Shown: piece by piece, positions 1 through 14,390 of the stretch
Position numbering within the stretch: position 1 is the first letter of the stretch
Layout: each line of letters opens with the position of its first letter
NCBI GenBank assembly: GCA_964276515.1
Contig: OZ193910.1
Coordinates: 8,122,001-8,186,000 of the forward strand
Length of the DNA stretch: 64,000 nt
Direction of reading: 5' to 3'
DNA from: Gordius albopunctatus
Lineage: Eukaryota
The notes under the pieces: generated by a model
The model's database searches: none
The model's input: the letters and a program-made list of their open reading frames with translations, nothing else
Told to the model about the DNA's origin: nothing
Translations under genes and position numbers: made by a program

Positions 1-311
1 TCAGGTTAAAATACTTCACAATTTTTTCCATTCAACCATATTCATCCAATGAAAGTTTTATTTTCCGACCTGATTTCCATGATAAAAAGTCAAAATTTAT
101 CAGAATTAGAGAACTATTACTTTGAAATCATCATCGCATAGAGCATGTTTCAAAAATTAAGCACTCACTTTGCGATACAACAAACTAATCGCAACAATAT
201 AACGTTGACTTTTCTCAAAATGATTGTTCTCGCAACTTTTAACTTCTTATATGGAGTCGATCGAGAATAATAGGATTCTCAAATGAGCTTACTTTTAAAT
301 ATTTTTTCAGG

Positions 312-3300
312 CTCTTTTACATAAAATAACAAAAAATATATTTTTTCAGGTTAAAATAATTCACAATTTTTTCCTTTCAACCATATTCAACCGATGAAAG
401 TTGTTATTTTCAGACGTGATTTCCATGATAAAAAGTCAAAATTTATCAGAATTAGAAAACTATTACTTTGAAATCATCATCGCATAGAGCATGTTTCAAA
501 AATTAAGCACTCACTTTGCGATACAACAAACTAATCGCAACAATATAACGTTGTCTTTTCTCAAAATGATAGTTCTCGCAGCTTGAAACTTCTTATATGG
601 AGTCGATCAAGAAAAATAGGATTCTCAAATTAGCTTACTTTTATATATTTTTTCAAGCTCTTTTACATAAAATAACAAAAAATATATTTTTTCAGGTTAA
701 AATAATTCACAATTTTTTCCTTTCAAACATATTCATCCGATGAAAGTTTTTATTTTCAGACGTGATTTCCATGATAAAAAGTTAAATTTTATCAGAATTA
801 GAGAACTATTACTTTGAAATCATCCTCGCATAGAGCATGTTTCAAAAATTAAGCACTCACTTTGCGATACAACAAACTAATCGCAACAATATAACGTTGA
901 CTTTTCTCAAAATGATTGTTCTCGCAACTTTAAACTTCTTATATGGAGTCGATCGAGAATAATAGGATTCTCAAATGAGCTTACTTCTATATATTTTATC
1001 AAGCTCTTTTACAATAAATAACAAAAATTATATTTTTTTAGCTCCGAATAATTCACAATTTTTTCCATTGAACCATATTCATCCAATGAAAGTTTTATTT
1101 TCCGACCTGATTTCCATGATAAAAAGTTAAAATTTATCAGAATTAGAGAACTATTATTTGAAATCGTCATCGCATAGAGCATGTTTCAAAAATTAAGCAA
1201 TCACTTTGCGATACAACAAACTAATCGCAACAATATAACGTTGTCTTTTCTCAAAATGATAGTTCTCGCAGCTTGAAACTTCTTATATGGAGTCGATCAA
1301 GAAAAATAGGATTCTCAAATCAGCTTACTTTTATATATTTTTTCAAGCTCTTTTACATAAAATAACAAAAAATATATTTTTTCAGGTTAAAATAATTCAC
1401 AATTTTTTCCTTTCAAACATATTCATCCGATGAAAGTTTTTATTTTCAGACGTGATTTCCATGATAAAAAGTTAAATTTTATCAGAATTAGAGAACTATT
1501 ACTTTGAAATCATCCTCGCATAGAGCATGTTTCAAAAATTAAGCACTCACGTTGCGATACAACAAACTAATCGCAACAATATAACGTTGACTTTTCTCAA
1601 AATGATTGTTCTCGCAACTTTAAACTTCTAATAAGGAGTCGATCGAGAATAATAGGATTCTCAAATTAGCTTATTTTTATATATTTTATCAAGCTCTTTT
1701 ATATAAAATAATAAAAAATATATTATTTAGCTCCGTATAACTCACAATTTTTTCCATTCAACCATATTCATCCAATGAAAGTTTTATTTTCAGACGTGAT
1801 TTCCATGATAAAAAGTTAAAATTTATCAGAATTAGAGAACTATTACTTTGAAATCATCCTCGCATAGAGCATGTTTCAAAAATTAAGCACTCACGTTGCG
1901 ATACAACAAACTATTCGCAACAATATAACGTTGTCTTTTCTCAAAATGATAGTTCTCGCAGCTTGAAACTTCTTATATGGAGTCGATCGAGAATAATAGG
2001 ATTCTCAAATGAGCTTACTTTTAAATATTTTTTCAAGCTCTTTTACATAAAATAACAAAAAATATATTTTTTCAGGTTAAAATAATTCACAATTTTTTCC
2101 TTTCAACCATATTCAACCGATGAAAGTTGTTATTTTCAGACGTGATTTCCATGATAAAAAGTCAAAATTTATCAGAATTAGAAAACTATTACTTTGAAAT
2201 CATCATCGCATAGAGCATGTTTCAAAAATTAAGCACTCACTTTGCGATACAACAAACTAATCGCAACAATATAACGTTGTCTTTTCTCAAAATGATAGTT
2301 CTCGCAGCTTGAAACTTCTTATATGGAGTCGATCAAGAAAAATAGGATTCTCAAATTAGCTTACTTTTATATATTTTTTCAAGCTCTTTTACATAAAATA
2401 ACAAAAAATATATTTTTTCAGGTTAAAATAATTCACAATTTTTTCCTTTCAAACATATTCATCCGATGAAAGTTTTTATTTTCAGACGTGATTTCCATGA
2501 TAAAAAGTTAAATTTTATCAGAATTAGAGAACTATTACTTTGAAATCATCCTCGCATAGAGCATGTTTCAAAAATTAAGCACTCACTTTGCGATACAACA
2601 AACTAATCGCAACAATATAACGTTGACTTTTCTCAAAATGATTGTTCTCGCAACTTTAAACTTCTTATATGGAGTCGATCGAGAATAATAGGATTCTCAA
2701 ATGAGCTTACTTCTATATATTTTATCAAGCTCTTTTACAATAAATAACAAAAATTATATTTTTTTAGCTCCGAATAATTCACAATTTTTTCCATTGAACC
2801 ATATTCATCCAATGAAAGTTTTATTTTCCGACCTGATTTCCATGATAAAAAGTTAAAATTTATCAGAATTAGAGAACTATTATTTGAAATCATCATCGCA
2901 TAGAGCATGTTTCAAAAATTAAGCAATCACTTTGCGATACAACAAACTAATCGCAACAATATAACGTTGTCTTTTCTCAAAATGATAGTTCTCGCAGCTT
3001 GAAACTTCTTATATGGAGTCGATCAAGAAAAATAGGATTCTCAAATCAGCTTACTTTTATATATTTTTTCAAGCTCTTTTACATAAAATAACAAAAAATA
3101 TATTTTTTCAGGTTAAAATAATTCACAATTTTTTCCTTTCAAACATATTCATCCGATGAAAGTTTTTATTTTCAGACGTGATTTCCATGATAAAAAGTTA
3201 AATTTTATCAGAATTAGAGAACTATTACTTTGAAATCATCCTCGCATAGAGCATGTTTCAAAAATTAAGCACTCACGTTGCGATACAACAAACTAATCGC

Positions 3301-3640
3301 AACAATATAACGTTGACTTTTCTCAAAATGATTGTTCTCGCAACTTTAAACTTCTAATAAGGAGTCGATCGAGAATAATAGGATTCTCAAATTAGCTTAT
3401 TTTTATATATTTTATCAAGCTCTTTTATATAAAATAATAAAAAATATATTATTTAGCTCCGTATAACTCACAATTTTTTCCATTCAACCATATTCATCCA
3501 ATGAAAGTTTTATTTTCAGACGTGATTTCCATGATAAAAAGTTAAAATTTATCAGAATTAGAGAACTATTACTTTGAAATCATCCTCGCATAGAGCATGT
3601 TTCAAAAATTAAGCACTCACGTTGCGATACAACAAACTAA
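312..3640. repeat. Tandem 5-monomer duplication (period 1726 bp)
   Basis: Markers ACAATAAATA (1011/2737), CCATTGAACC and CAAATCAGC each recur at +1726. Confidence 0.8.
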
Positions 3641-4519
3641 TCGCAACAATATAACGTTGACTTTTCTCAAAATGATTGTTCTCGCAACTTTAAACTTCTA
3701 ATAAGGAGTCGATCGAGAATAATAGGATTCTCAAATTAGCTTATTTTTATATATTTTATCAAGCTCTTTTATATAAAATAATAAAAAATATATTATTTAG
3801 CTCCGTATAACTCACAATTTTTTCCATTCAACCATATTCATCCAATGAAAGTTTTATTTTCAGACGTGATTTCCATGATAAAAAGTTAAAATTTATCAGA
3901 ATTAGAGAACTATTACTTTGAAATCATCCTCGCATAGAGCATGTTTCAAAAATTAAGCACTCACGTTGCGATACAACAAACTATTCGCAACAATATAACG
4001 TTGTCTTTTCTCAAAATGATAGTTCTCGCAGCTTGAAACTTCTTATATGGAGTCGATCGAGAATAATAGGATTCTCAAATGAGCTTACTTTTAAATATTT
4101 TTTCAAGCTCTTTTACATAAAATAACAAAAATTATATTTTTTTTAGCTCAGAATAATTCACAATTTTTTGCTTTCAAATCATATTCAGCCGATGAAAGTT
4201 GTTATTTTCAGACGTGATTTCCTTGATAAAAAGTTAAATTTTATCAGAATTAGAGAACTATTACTTTGAAATCATCATCGCATAGAGAATGTTTCAAAAA
4301 TTAAGCACTCACGTTGCGATACAACAAACTAATCGCAACAATATAACGTTATCTTTTCTCAAAATGATAGTTCTCGCCGCTTGAAACTTCTTATATGGAG
4401 TCGATCGAGAATAATAGGATTCTCAAATTAGCTTACTTTTATATATTTTATCAAGCTCTTTTACATAAAATAACAAAAATTATATTTTTTTAGCTCCGAA
4501 TAATTCACAATTTTTTCCT

Positions 4520-6540
4520 TTCAAATCATATTCATCCGATGAAAGTTGTTATTTTCAGACGTGATTTCCATGATAAAAAGTTAAAATTTATCAGAATTAG
4601 AGAACTATTACTTTGAAATCATCATCGCATAGAGAATATTTAAAATTAAGCACTCACGTTGTGATACAACAAACTAATCGCAACAATATAACGTTGACTT
4701 TTCTCAAAATGATTGTTCTCGCAACTTTAAACTTCTTATAAGGAGTCGATCGAGAATAATAGGATTCTCAAATCTGCTTATTTTTATATATTTTATCAAG
4801 CTCTTTTATATAAAATAATAAAAAATATATTATTTAGCTCCGAATAACTCAAAATTTTTTCCATTCAACCATATTCATCCAATGAAAGTTTTATTTTCAG
4901 ACGTGATTTCCATGATAAAAAGTTAAAATTTATCAGAATTAGAGAACTATTACTTTGAAATCATCATCGCATAGAGCATGTTTCAAAAATTAAGCACTCA
5001 CTTTGCGATACAACAAACTAATCGCAACAATATAACGTTGTCTTTTCTCAAAATGATTGTTCTCGCAGCTTAAAAATTATTATAAGGAGTCGATCGAGAA
5101 TAATAGGATTCTCAAATGAGCTTACTTTTATATATTTTTTCAAAATCTTTTACATAAAATAACAAAAAATATATTTTTTCAGGTTAAAATACTTCACAAT
5201 TTTTTCCATTCAACCATATTCATCCAATGAAACTTTTATTTTCCGACCTGATTTCCATGATAAAAAGTTAAAATTTATCAGAATTAGAGAACTATTACTT
5301 TGAAATCATCATCGCATAGAGCATGTTTCAAAAATTAAGCACTCACTTTGCGATACAACAAACTAATCGCAACAATATAACGTTGACTTTTCTCAAAATG
5401 ATTGTTCTCGCAACTTTAAACTTCTTATATGGAGTCGATCGAGAATAATAGGATTCTCAAATGAGCTTACTTTTAAATATTTTTTCAAGCTCTTTTACAT
5501 AAAATAACAAAAATTATATTTTTTTAGCTCCGAATAATTCACAATTTTTTGCTTTCAAATCATATTCATCCGATGAAAGTTGTTATTTTCAGACGTGATT
5601 TCCATGATAAAAAGTTAAAATTTATCAGAATTAGAGAACTATTACTTTGAAATCATCATCGCATAGAGAATATTTAAAATTAAGCACTCACGTTGCGATA
5701 CAACAAACTAATCGCAACAATATAACGTTGACTTTTCTCAAAATGATTGTTCTCGCAACTTTAAACTTCTTATAAGGAGTCGATCGAGAATAATAGGATT
5801 CTCAAATCTGCTTATTTTTATATATTTTATCAAGCTCTTTTATATAAAATAATAAAAAATATATTATTTAGCTCCGAATAACTCAAAATTTTTTCCATTC
5901 AACCATATTCATCCAATGAAAGTTTTATTTTCAGACGTGATTTCCATGATAAAAAGTTAAAATTTATCAGAATTAGAGAACTATTACTTTGAAATCATCA
6001 TCGCATAGAGCATGTTTCAAAAATTAAGCACTCACTTTGCGATACAACAAACTAATCGCAACAATATAACGTTGTCTTTTCTCAAAATGATTGTTCTCGC
6101 AGCTTAAAAATTATTATAAGGAGTCGATCGAGAATAATAGGATTCTCAAATGAGCTTACTTTTATATATTTTTTCAAAATCTTTTACATAAAATAACAAA
6201 AAATATATTTTTTCAGGTTAAAATACTTCACAATTTTTTCCATTCAACCATATTCATCCAATGAAACTTTTATTTTCCGACCTGATTTCCATGATAAAAA
6301 GTTAAAATTTATCAGAATTAGAGAACTATTACTTTGAAATCATCATCGCATAGAGCATGTTTCAAAAATTAAGCACTCACTTTGCGATACAACAAACTAA
6401 TCGCAACAATATAACGTTGACTTTTCTCAAAATGATTGTTCTCGCAACTTTAAACTTCTTATATGGAGTCGATCGAGAATAATAGGATTCTCAAATGAGC
6501 TTACTTTTAAATATTTTTTCAAGCTCTTTTACATAAAATA
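4520..6540. repeat. Tandem 3-monomer duplication (period 1034 bp)
   Basis: Markers AGAGAATATTTAAAATT (4631/5665) and the C of TGAAACTTTT (5233/6267). Confidence 0.8.
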
Positions 6541-9500
6541 ACAAAAAATATATTATTTAGCTCCGAATAACTCACAATTTTTTCCATTCAACCATATTCA
6601 TCCAATGAAAGTTTTATTTTCAGACGTGATTTCCATGATAAAAAGTTAAATTTTATCAGAATTAGAGAACTATTACTTTGAAATCATCATCGCATAGAGA
6701 ATGTTTCAAAAATTAAGCACTCACGTTGCGATACAACAAACTAATCGCAACAATATAACGTTATCTTTTCTCAAAATGATAGTTCTCGTAGCTTGAAACT
6801 TCTTATATGGAGTCGATCGAGAATAATAGGATTCTCAAATGAGCTTATTCTATATATTTTTTCAAGCTCTTTTACATAAAATAACAAAAAATATATTTTT
6901 TCATGTTAAAATAATTCACAATTTTTTCCTTTCAACCATATTCAACCGATAAAAGTTTTTATTTTCAGACGTGATTTCCATGATAAAAAGTCAAAATTTA
7001 TCAGAATTAGAAAACTATTACTTTTAAATCATCATCGCATAGAGCATTTTTCAAAAATTAAGGACTCACGTTGCGATACAACAAACTAATCGCAACAATA
7101 TAACGTTGACTTTTCTCAAAATGATTGTTCTCGCAGCTTATAAATTCTTATAAGGAGTCGATCGAGAATAATAGGATTCTCAAATCTGTTTATTTTTATA
7201 TATTTTATCAAGCTCTTTTATATAAAATAATAAAAAATATATTATTTAGCTCCGAATAACTCACAATTTTTTCCATTCAACCATATTCATCCGATGAAAG
7301 TTTTTATTTTCAGACGTGATTTCCATGATAAAAAGTCAAAATTTATCAGAATTAGAAAACTATTACTTTTAAATCATCATCGCATAGAGCATTTTTCAAA
7401 AATATAAACATTCACGTTGCGATACAACAAACTAATAGCAACAAAATAACGTTGTCTTTTCTCAAAATGATAGTTCTCGCCGCTTGAAACTTCTTATATG
7501 GAGTCGATCGAGAATAATAGGATTCTCAAATGAGCTTCTTTTAAATATTTTTTCAAGCTCTTTTACATAAAATAACAAAAATTATATTTTTGTAGCTCCG
7601 AATAATTCACAATTTTTTCCTTTCAAACATATTCATCCGATGAAAGTTGTTATTTTCAGACGTGATTTCCATGATAAAAAGTTAAAATTTATCAGAATTA
7701 GAGAACTATTACTTTGAAATAATCATCGCATAGAGAATGTTTTAAAAATTAAGCAATCACGTTGCGATACAACAAACTAATCGCAACAATATAACGTTGT
7801 CTTTTCTCAAAATGATAGTTCTCGTAGCTTGAAACTTCTTATATGGAGTCGATCGAGAATAATAGGATTCTCAAATGAGCTTACTTTTATATATTTTTTC
7901 AAGCTATTTTATATAAAATAACAAAAAATATATTTTTCCAGGTTAAGATAATTCACAATTTTTTCCTTTCAACCATATTCAACCGATGAAAGTTTTTATT
8001 TTCCGACCTGATTTCCATGATAAAAAGTTAAAATTTATCAGAATTAGAGAACTATTACTTTGAAATTATCATCGCATAGAGCATGTTTCAAAAATTAAGC
8101 ACTCACTTTGCGATACAACAAACTAATCGCAACAATATAACGTTGTCTTTTCTCAAAATGATTGTTCTCGCAGCTTAAAAATTATTATAAGGAGTCGATC
8201 GAGAATAATAGGATTCTCAAATGAGCTTACTTTTATATTTTTTTTCAAAATTTTTTACATAAAATAACAAAAAATATATTTTTTCAGGTTAAAATACTTC
8301 ACAATTTTTTCCATTCAACCATATTCATCCAATGAAAGTTTTATTTTCCGACCTGATTTCCATGATAAAAAGTTAAAATTTATCAGAATTAGAGAACTAT
8401 TACTTTGAAATCATCATCGCATAGAGCATGTTTCAAAAATTAAGCAGTCACGTTGCGATACAACAAACTAATCGCAACAATATAACGTTGTCTTTTCTCA
8501 AAATGATAGTTCTCGCAGCTTGAAACTTCTTATATGGAGTCGATCGAGAATAATAGGATTCTCAAATGAGCTTACTTTTATATATTTTTTCAAGCTCTTT
8601 TACATAAAATAACAAAAATTATATTTTTTTAGCTCCGAATAATTCACAATTTTTTCCTTTCAAATCATATTCATCCGATGAAAGTTGTTATTTTCAGACG
8701 TGATTTCCATGATAAAAAGTTAAAATTTATCAGAATTAGAGAACTATTACTGTGAAATCATCATCGCATAGAGAATGTTTCAAAAATATAAACATTCACG
8801 TTGCGATACAACAAACTAATCGCAACAAAATAACGTTGTCTTTTCTCAAAATGATAGTTCTCGCCGCTTGAAACTTCTTATATGGAGTCGATCGAGAATA
8901 ATAGGATTCTCAAATGAGCTTCTTTTAAATATTTTTTCAAGCTCTTTTACATAAAATAACAAAAATTATATTTTTGTAGCTCCGAATAATTCACAATTTT
9001 TTCCTTTCAAACATATTCATCCGATTAAAGTTGTTATTTTCAGACGTGATTTCCATGATAAAAAGTTAAAATTTATCAGAATTAGAGAACTATTACTTTG
9101 AAATAATCATCGCATAGAGAATGTTTTAAAAATTAAGCAATCACGTTGCGATACAACAAACTAATCGCAACAATATAACGTTGTCTTTTCTCAAAATGAT
9201 AGTTCTCGTAGCTTGAAACTTCTTATATGGAGTCGATCGAGAATAATAGGATTCTCAAATGAGCTTACTTTTATATATTTTTTCAAGCTATTTTACATAA
9301 AATAACAAAAAATATATTTTTCCAGGTTAAAATACTTCACAATTTTTTCCATTCAACCATATTCATCCAATGAAAGTTTTATTTTCCGACCTGATTTCCA
9401 TGATAAAAAGTTAAAATTTATCAGAAATAGAGAACTATTACTTTGAAATCATCATCGCATAGAGCATGTTTCAAAAATTAAGCAGTCACGTTGCGATACA

Positions 9501-12500
9501 ACAAACTAATCGCAACAATATAACGTTGTCTTTTCTCAAAATGAAAGTTCTCGCCGCTTGAAACTTCTTATATGGAGTCGATCGAGAATAATAGGATTCT
9601 CAAATTAGCTTACTTTTATATATTTTATCAAGCTCTTTTACATAAAATAATAAAAATTATATTTTTTTAGCTCCGAATAATTCACAATTTTTTCCTTTCA
9701 AGCATATTCATCCGATGAAAGTTTTTATTTTCAGACGTGATTTCCATGATAAAAAGTTAAATTTTATCAGAATTAGAGAACTATTACTTTGAAATCATCC
9801 TCGCATAGAGCATGTTTCAAAGATTAAGCACTCACGTTGCGATACAACAAACTAATCGCAACAATATAACGTTGTCTTTTCTCAAAATTATAGTTCTCGC
9901 CGCTTGAAACTTCTTATATGGAGTCGATCGAGAATAATAGGATTCTCAAATGAGCTTACTTTTATATATTTTTTCAAGCTCTTTTACATAAAATAACAAA
10001 AATTATATTTTTTTAGCTCCGAATAATTCACAATTTTTTCCTTTCAAATCATATTCATCTGATGAAAGTTGTTATTTTCAGACGTGATTTCCACGATAAA
10101 AAGTTAAAATTTATCAGAATTAGAGAACTATTACTTTTAAATAATCATCGCTTAGAGAATGTTTTAAAAATTAAGCAATCACGTTGCGATACAACAAACT
10201 AATCGCAACAATATAACGTTGTCTTTTCTCAAAATGATAGTTCTCGTAGCTTGAAACTTCTTATATTGAGTCGATCGAGAAAAATATGATTCTCAAATGA
10301 GCTTACTTTTTTATATTTTTTCAAGCTCTTTTACATAAAATAACAAAAAATATATTTTTTCAGGTCAAAATAATTCAAAATTTTTTCCTTTCAACCATAT
10401 TCAACCGATGAAAGTTTTTATTTTCAGACGTGATTTCCATGATAAAAAGTCAAAATTTATCAGAATTAGAGAACTATTACTTTTAAATCATCATCGCATA
10501 GAGCATTTTTCAAAGATTAAGCACTCACGTTGCGATACAACAAACTAATCGCAACAATATAACGTTGTCTTTTCTCAAAATTATAGTTCTCGCCGCTTGA
10601 AACTTCTAATAAGGAGTCGATCGAGAATAATAGGATTCTCAAATGAGCTTACTTTTATATATTTTATCAAGTTCTTTTACATAAAATAACAAAAAATATA
10701 TTTTTTCAGGTTAAAATAATTCACAATTTTTTCCTTTCAACCATATTCAACCGATGAAAGTTTTTATTTTCCGACCTGATTTCCATGATAAAAAGTTAAA
10801 ATTTATCAGAATTAGAGAACTATTACTTTGAAATTATCATCGCATAGAGCATGTTTCAAAAATTAAGCACTCACTTTGCGATACAACAAACTAATCGCAA
10901 CAATATAACGTTGTCTTTTCTCAAAATGATTGTTCTCGCAGCTTAAAACTTCTAATAAGGAGTCGATCGAGAATAATAGGATTCTCAAATGAGCTTACTT
11001 TTATATATTTTTTCAAGCTCTTTTACATAAAATAACAAAAATTATATTTTTTTAGCTCCGAATAATTCACAATTTTTTCCTTTCAAATCATATTCATCCG
11101 ATTAAAGTTGTTATTTTCAGACGTGATTTCCATGATAAAAAGTTAAAATTTATCAGAATTAGAGAACTATTACTTTGAAATAATCATCGCATAGAGAATG
11201 TTTTAAAAATTAAGCAATCACGTTGCGATACAACAAACTAATCGCAACAATATAACGTTGTCTTTTCTCAAAATGATAGTTCTCGTAGCTTGAAACTTCT
11301 TATATGGAGTCGATCGAGAATAATAGGATTCTCAAATGAGCTTACTTTTATATATTTTTTCAAGCTATTTTACATAAAATAACAAAAAATATATTTTTCC
11401 AGGTTAAAATAATTCACAATTTTTTCCTTTCAACCATATTCAACCGATGAAAGTTTTTATTTTCCGACCTGATTTCCATGATAAAAAGTTAAAATTTATC
11501 AGAATTAGAGAACTATTACTTTGAAATTATCATCGCATAGAGCATGTTTCAAAAATTAAGCACTCACTTTGCGATACAACAAACTAATCGCAACAATATA
11601 ACGTTGTCTTTTCTCAAAATGATTGTTCTCGCAGCTTAAAACTTCTAATAAGGAGTCGATCGAGAATAATAGGATTCTCAAATGAGCTTACTTTTATATA
11701 TTTTATCAAGTTCTTTTACATAAAATAACAAAAAATATATTTTTTCAGGTTAAAATAATTCACAATTTTTTCCTTTCAACCATATTCAACAGATGAAAGT
11801 TGTTATTTTCAGACGTGATTTCCATGATAAAAAGTTAAAATTTATCAGAATTAGAGAACCATTACTTTTAAATCATCATCGCATACAGCATGTTTTAAAA
11901 ATTAAGCACTAACGTTGCGATACAACTAATCGCAACAATATAACGTTGTCTTTTCTCAAAATGATTGTTCTCGCAGCTTAAAACTTCTTATAAGGAGTCG
12001 ATCGAGATTAATAGGATTCTCAAATGAGCTTACTTTTATATATTTTTTCAAGCTCTTTTACATAAAATAACAAAAAATATATTTTTTCAGGTTAAAATAA
12101 TTCACAATTTTTTCCTTTCAACCATATTCAACAGATGAAAGTTGTTATTTTCAGACGTGATTTCCATGATAAAAAGTTAAAATTTATCAGAATTAGAGAA
12201 CCATTACTTTTAAATCATCATCGCATACAGCATGTTTTAAAAATTAAGCACTAACGTTGCGATACAACTAATCGCAACAATATAACGTTGTCTTTTCTCA
12301 AAATGATTGTTCTCGCAGCTTAAAACTTCTTATAAGGAGTCGATCGAGAATAATAGGATTCTCAAATGAGCTTACTTTTATATTTTTTTTCAAAATTTTT
12401 TACATAAAATAACAAAAAATATATTTTTTTAGCTCCGAATAATTCACAATTTTTTCCTTTCAAATCATATTCATCCGATGAAAGTTGTTATTTTCAGACG

Positions 12501-14069
12501 TGATTTCCATGATAAAAAGTTAAATTTTATCAGAATTAGAGAACTATTACTTTTAAATAATCATCGCATAGAGAATGTTTTAAAAATTAAGCAATCACGT
12601 TGCGATACAACAAACTAATCGCAACAATATAACGTTGTCTTTTCTCAAAATGATAGTTCTCGTAGCTTGAAACTTCTTATATTGAGTCGATCGAGAAAAA
12701 TAGGATTCTCAAATGAGCTTACTTTTTTATATTTTTTCAAGCTCTTTTACATAAAATAACAAAAAATATATTTTTTCAGGTCAAAATAATTCACAATTTT
12801 TTCCTTTCAACCATATTCAACAGATGAAAGTTGTTATTTTCAGACGTGATTTCCATGATAAAAAGTTAAAATTTATCAGAATTAGAGAACCATTACTTTT
12901 AAATCATCATCGCATACAGCATGTTTTAAAAATTAAGCACTAACGTTGCGATACAACTAATCGCAACAATATAACGTTGTCTTTTCTCAAAATGATTGTT
13001 CTCGCAGCTTAAAACTTCTTATAAGGAGTCGATCGAGAATAATAGGATTCTCAAATGAGCTTACTTTTATATTTTTTTTCAAAATTTTTTACATAAAATA
13101 ACAAAAAATATATTTTTTTAGCTCCGAATAATTCACAATTTTTTCCTTTCAAATCATATTCATCCGATGAAAGTTGTTATTTTCAGACGTGATTTCCATG
13201 ATAAAAAGTTAAATTTTATCAGAATTAGAGAACTATTACTTTGAAATTATCATCGCATAGAGCATGTTTCAAAAATTAAGCACTCACTTTGCGATACAAC
13301 AAACTAATCGCAACAATATAACGTTGTCTTTTCTCAAAATGATTGTTCTCGCAGCTTAAAACTTCTAATAAGGAGTCGATCGAGAATAATAGGATTCTCA
13401 AATGAGCTTACTTTTATATATTTTATCAAGTTCTTTTACATAAAATAACAAAAAATATATTTTTTCAGGTTAAAATAATTCACAATTTTTTCCTTTCAAC
13501 CATATTCAACAGATGAAAGTTGTTATTTTCAGACGTGATTTCCATGATAAAAAGTTAAAATTTATCAGAATTAGAGAACCATTACTTTTAAATCATCATC
13601 GCATACAGCATGTTTTAAAAATTAAGCACTAACGTTGCGATACAACTAATCGCAACAATATAACGTTGTCTTTTCTCAAAATGATTGTTCTCGCAGCTTA
13701 AAACTTCTTATAAGGAGTCGATCGAGATTAATAGGATTCTCAAATGAGCTTACTTTTATATATTTTTTCAAGCTCTTTTACATAAAATAACAAAAAATAT
13801 ATTTTTTCAGGTTAAAATAATTCACAATTTTTTCCTTTCAACCATATTCAACAGATGAAAGTTGTTATTTTCAGACGTGATTTCCATGATAAAAAGTTAA
13901 AATTTATCAGAATTAGAGAACCATTACTTTTAAATCATCATCGCATACAGCATGTTTTAAAAATTAAGCACTAACGTTGCGATACAACTTTCGGGCTAGG
14001 TTTTTAGTTAGGATAAAGTATAATTACTTTATTGTATAATATAAATTAAATCGTTGGAAGAAAAGTAAG

Positions 14070-14267
14070 TGAGTAAAAAGAGTTTTAAACTCCTTTTATA
14101 TACTCGTGAATTAATTGAATAAATCAATCAAGTTTAGTGGTGTCTATAAATAAATCAATTACGCGAGGTATAAATAAATCAATTTAACGTCGTAAAGTAG
14201 TAAGGTAATGTAAATTAGACAATTAAGTTAATTGACGCAACACCTCCGCGAGGTATAGGACGCAACA
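14070..14267. repeat. LTR-like direct repeat, copy 1 (198 bp, TGAGT...GCAACA)
   Basis: Identical by eye to 14391-14588 (offset 321). Begins TG and ends CA; the identity extends one base left to G14069/G14390. Confidence 0.95.
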
Positions 14268-14307
14268 AATAGTCCGCTGGGTAAAAACGGAGTTCATATA
14301 AAATTAA

Positions 14308-14311
<4 letters not shown>

Positions 14312-14360
<49 letters not shown>

Positions 14361-14381
14361 TTTTTTTTTTTTTTTTTTTTT
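14312..14381. repeat. ~70-nt poly(T) tract (poly(A) on the minus strand) with one A at 14359
   Basis: Read directly; the exact length of such a homopolymer is prone to sequencing error. Confidence 0.95.
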
Positions 14382-14390
14382 AAAGTATGG

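Larger units (their letters stand above)
1..13988. repeat. Tandem satellite array, ~345-bp AT-rich monomer (left of the insertion, ~40 monomers; continues beyond the window start)
   Basis: Invariant motifs (GATTTCCATGATAAAAAG, CAACAATATAACGTT, GGAGTCGATCGAGAATAATAGGATTCTCAAAT) recur every ~345 bp; for example TCAGGTTAAAATA starts at 1, 346 and 692. Monomers differ only by substitutions and small indels. Confidence 0.99.

Noticed and set aside
346..691. Monomer as a dimer of ~173-bp (nucleosome-sized) subunits
   Set aside because: The length fits, but I could not align the two halves by eye; only a short internal repeat (TTCTCAAA(A)TGA) is visible. Needs a self-alignment.
13996..14012. Telomere-like CTAGG/TTAGG motifs at the left end of the insertion
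   Set aside because: Only one exact TTAGG and no tandem run; expected by chance.
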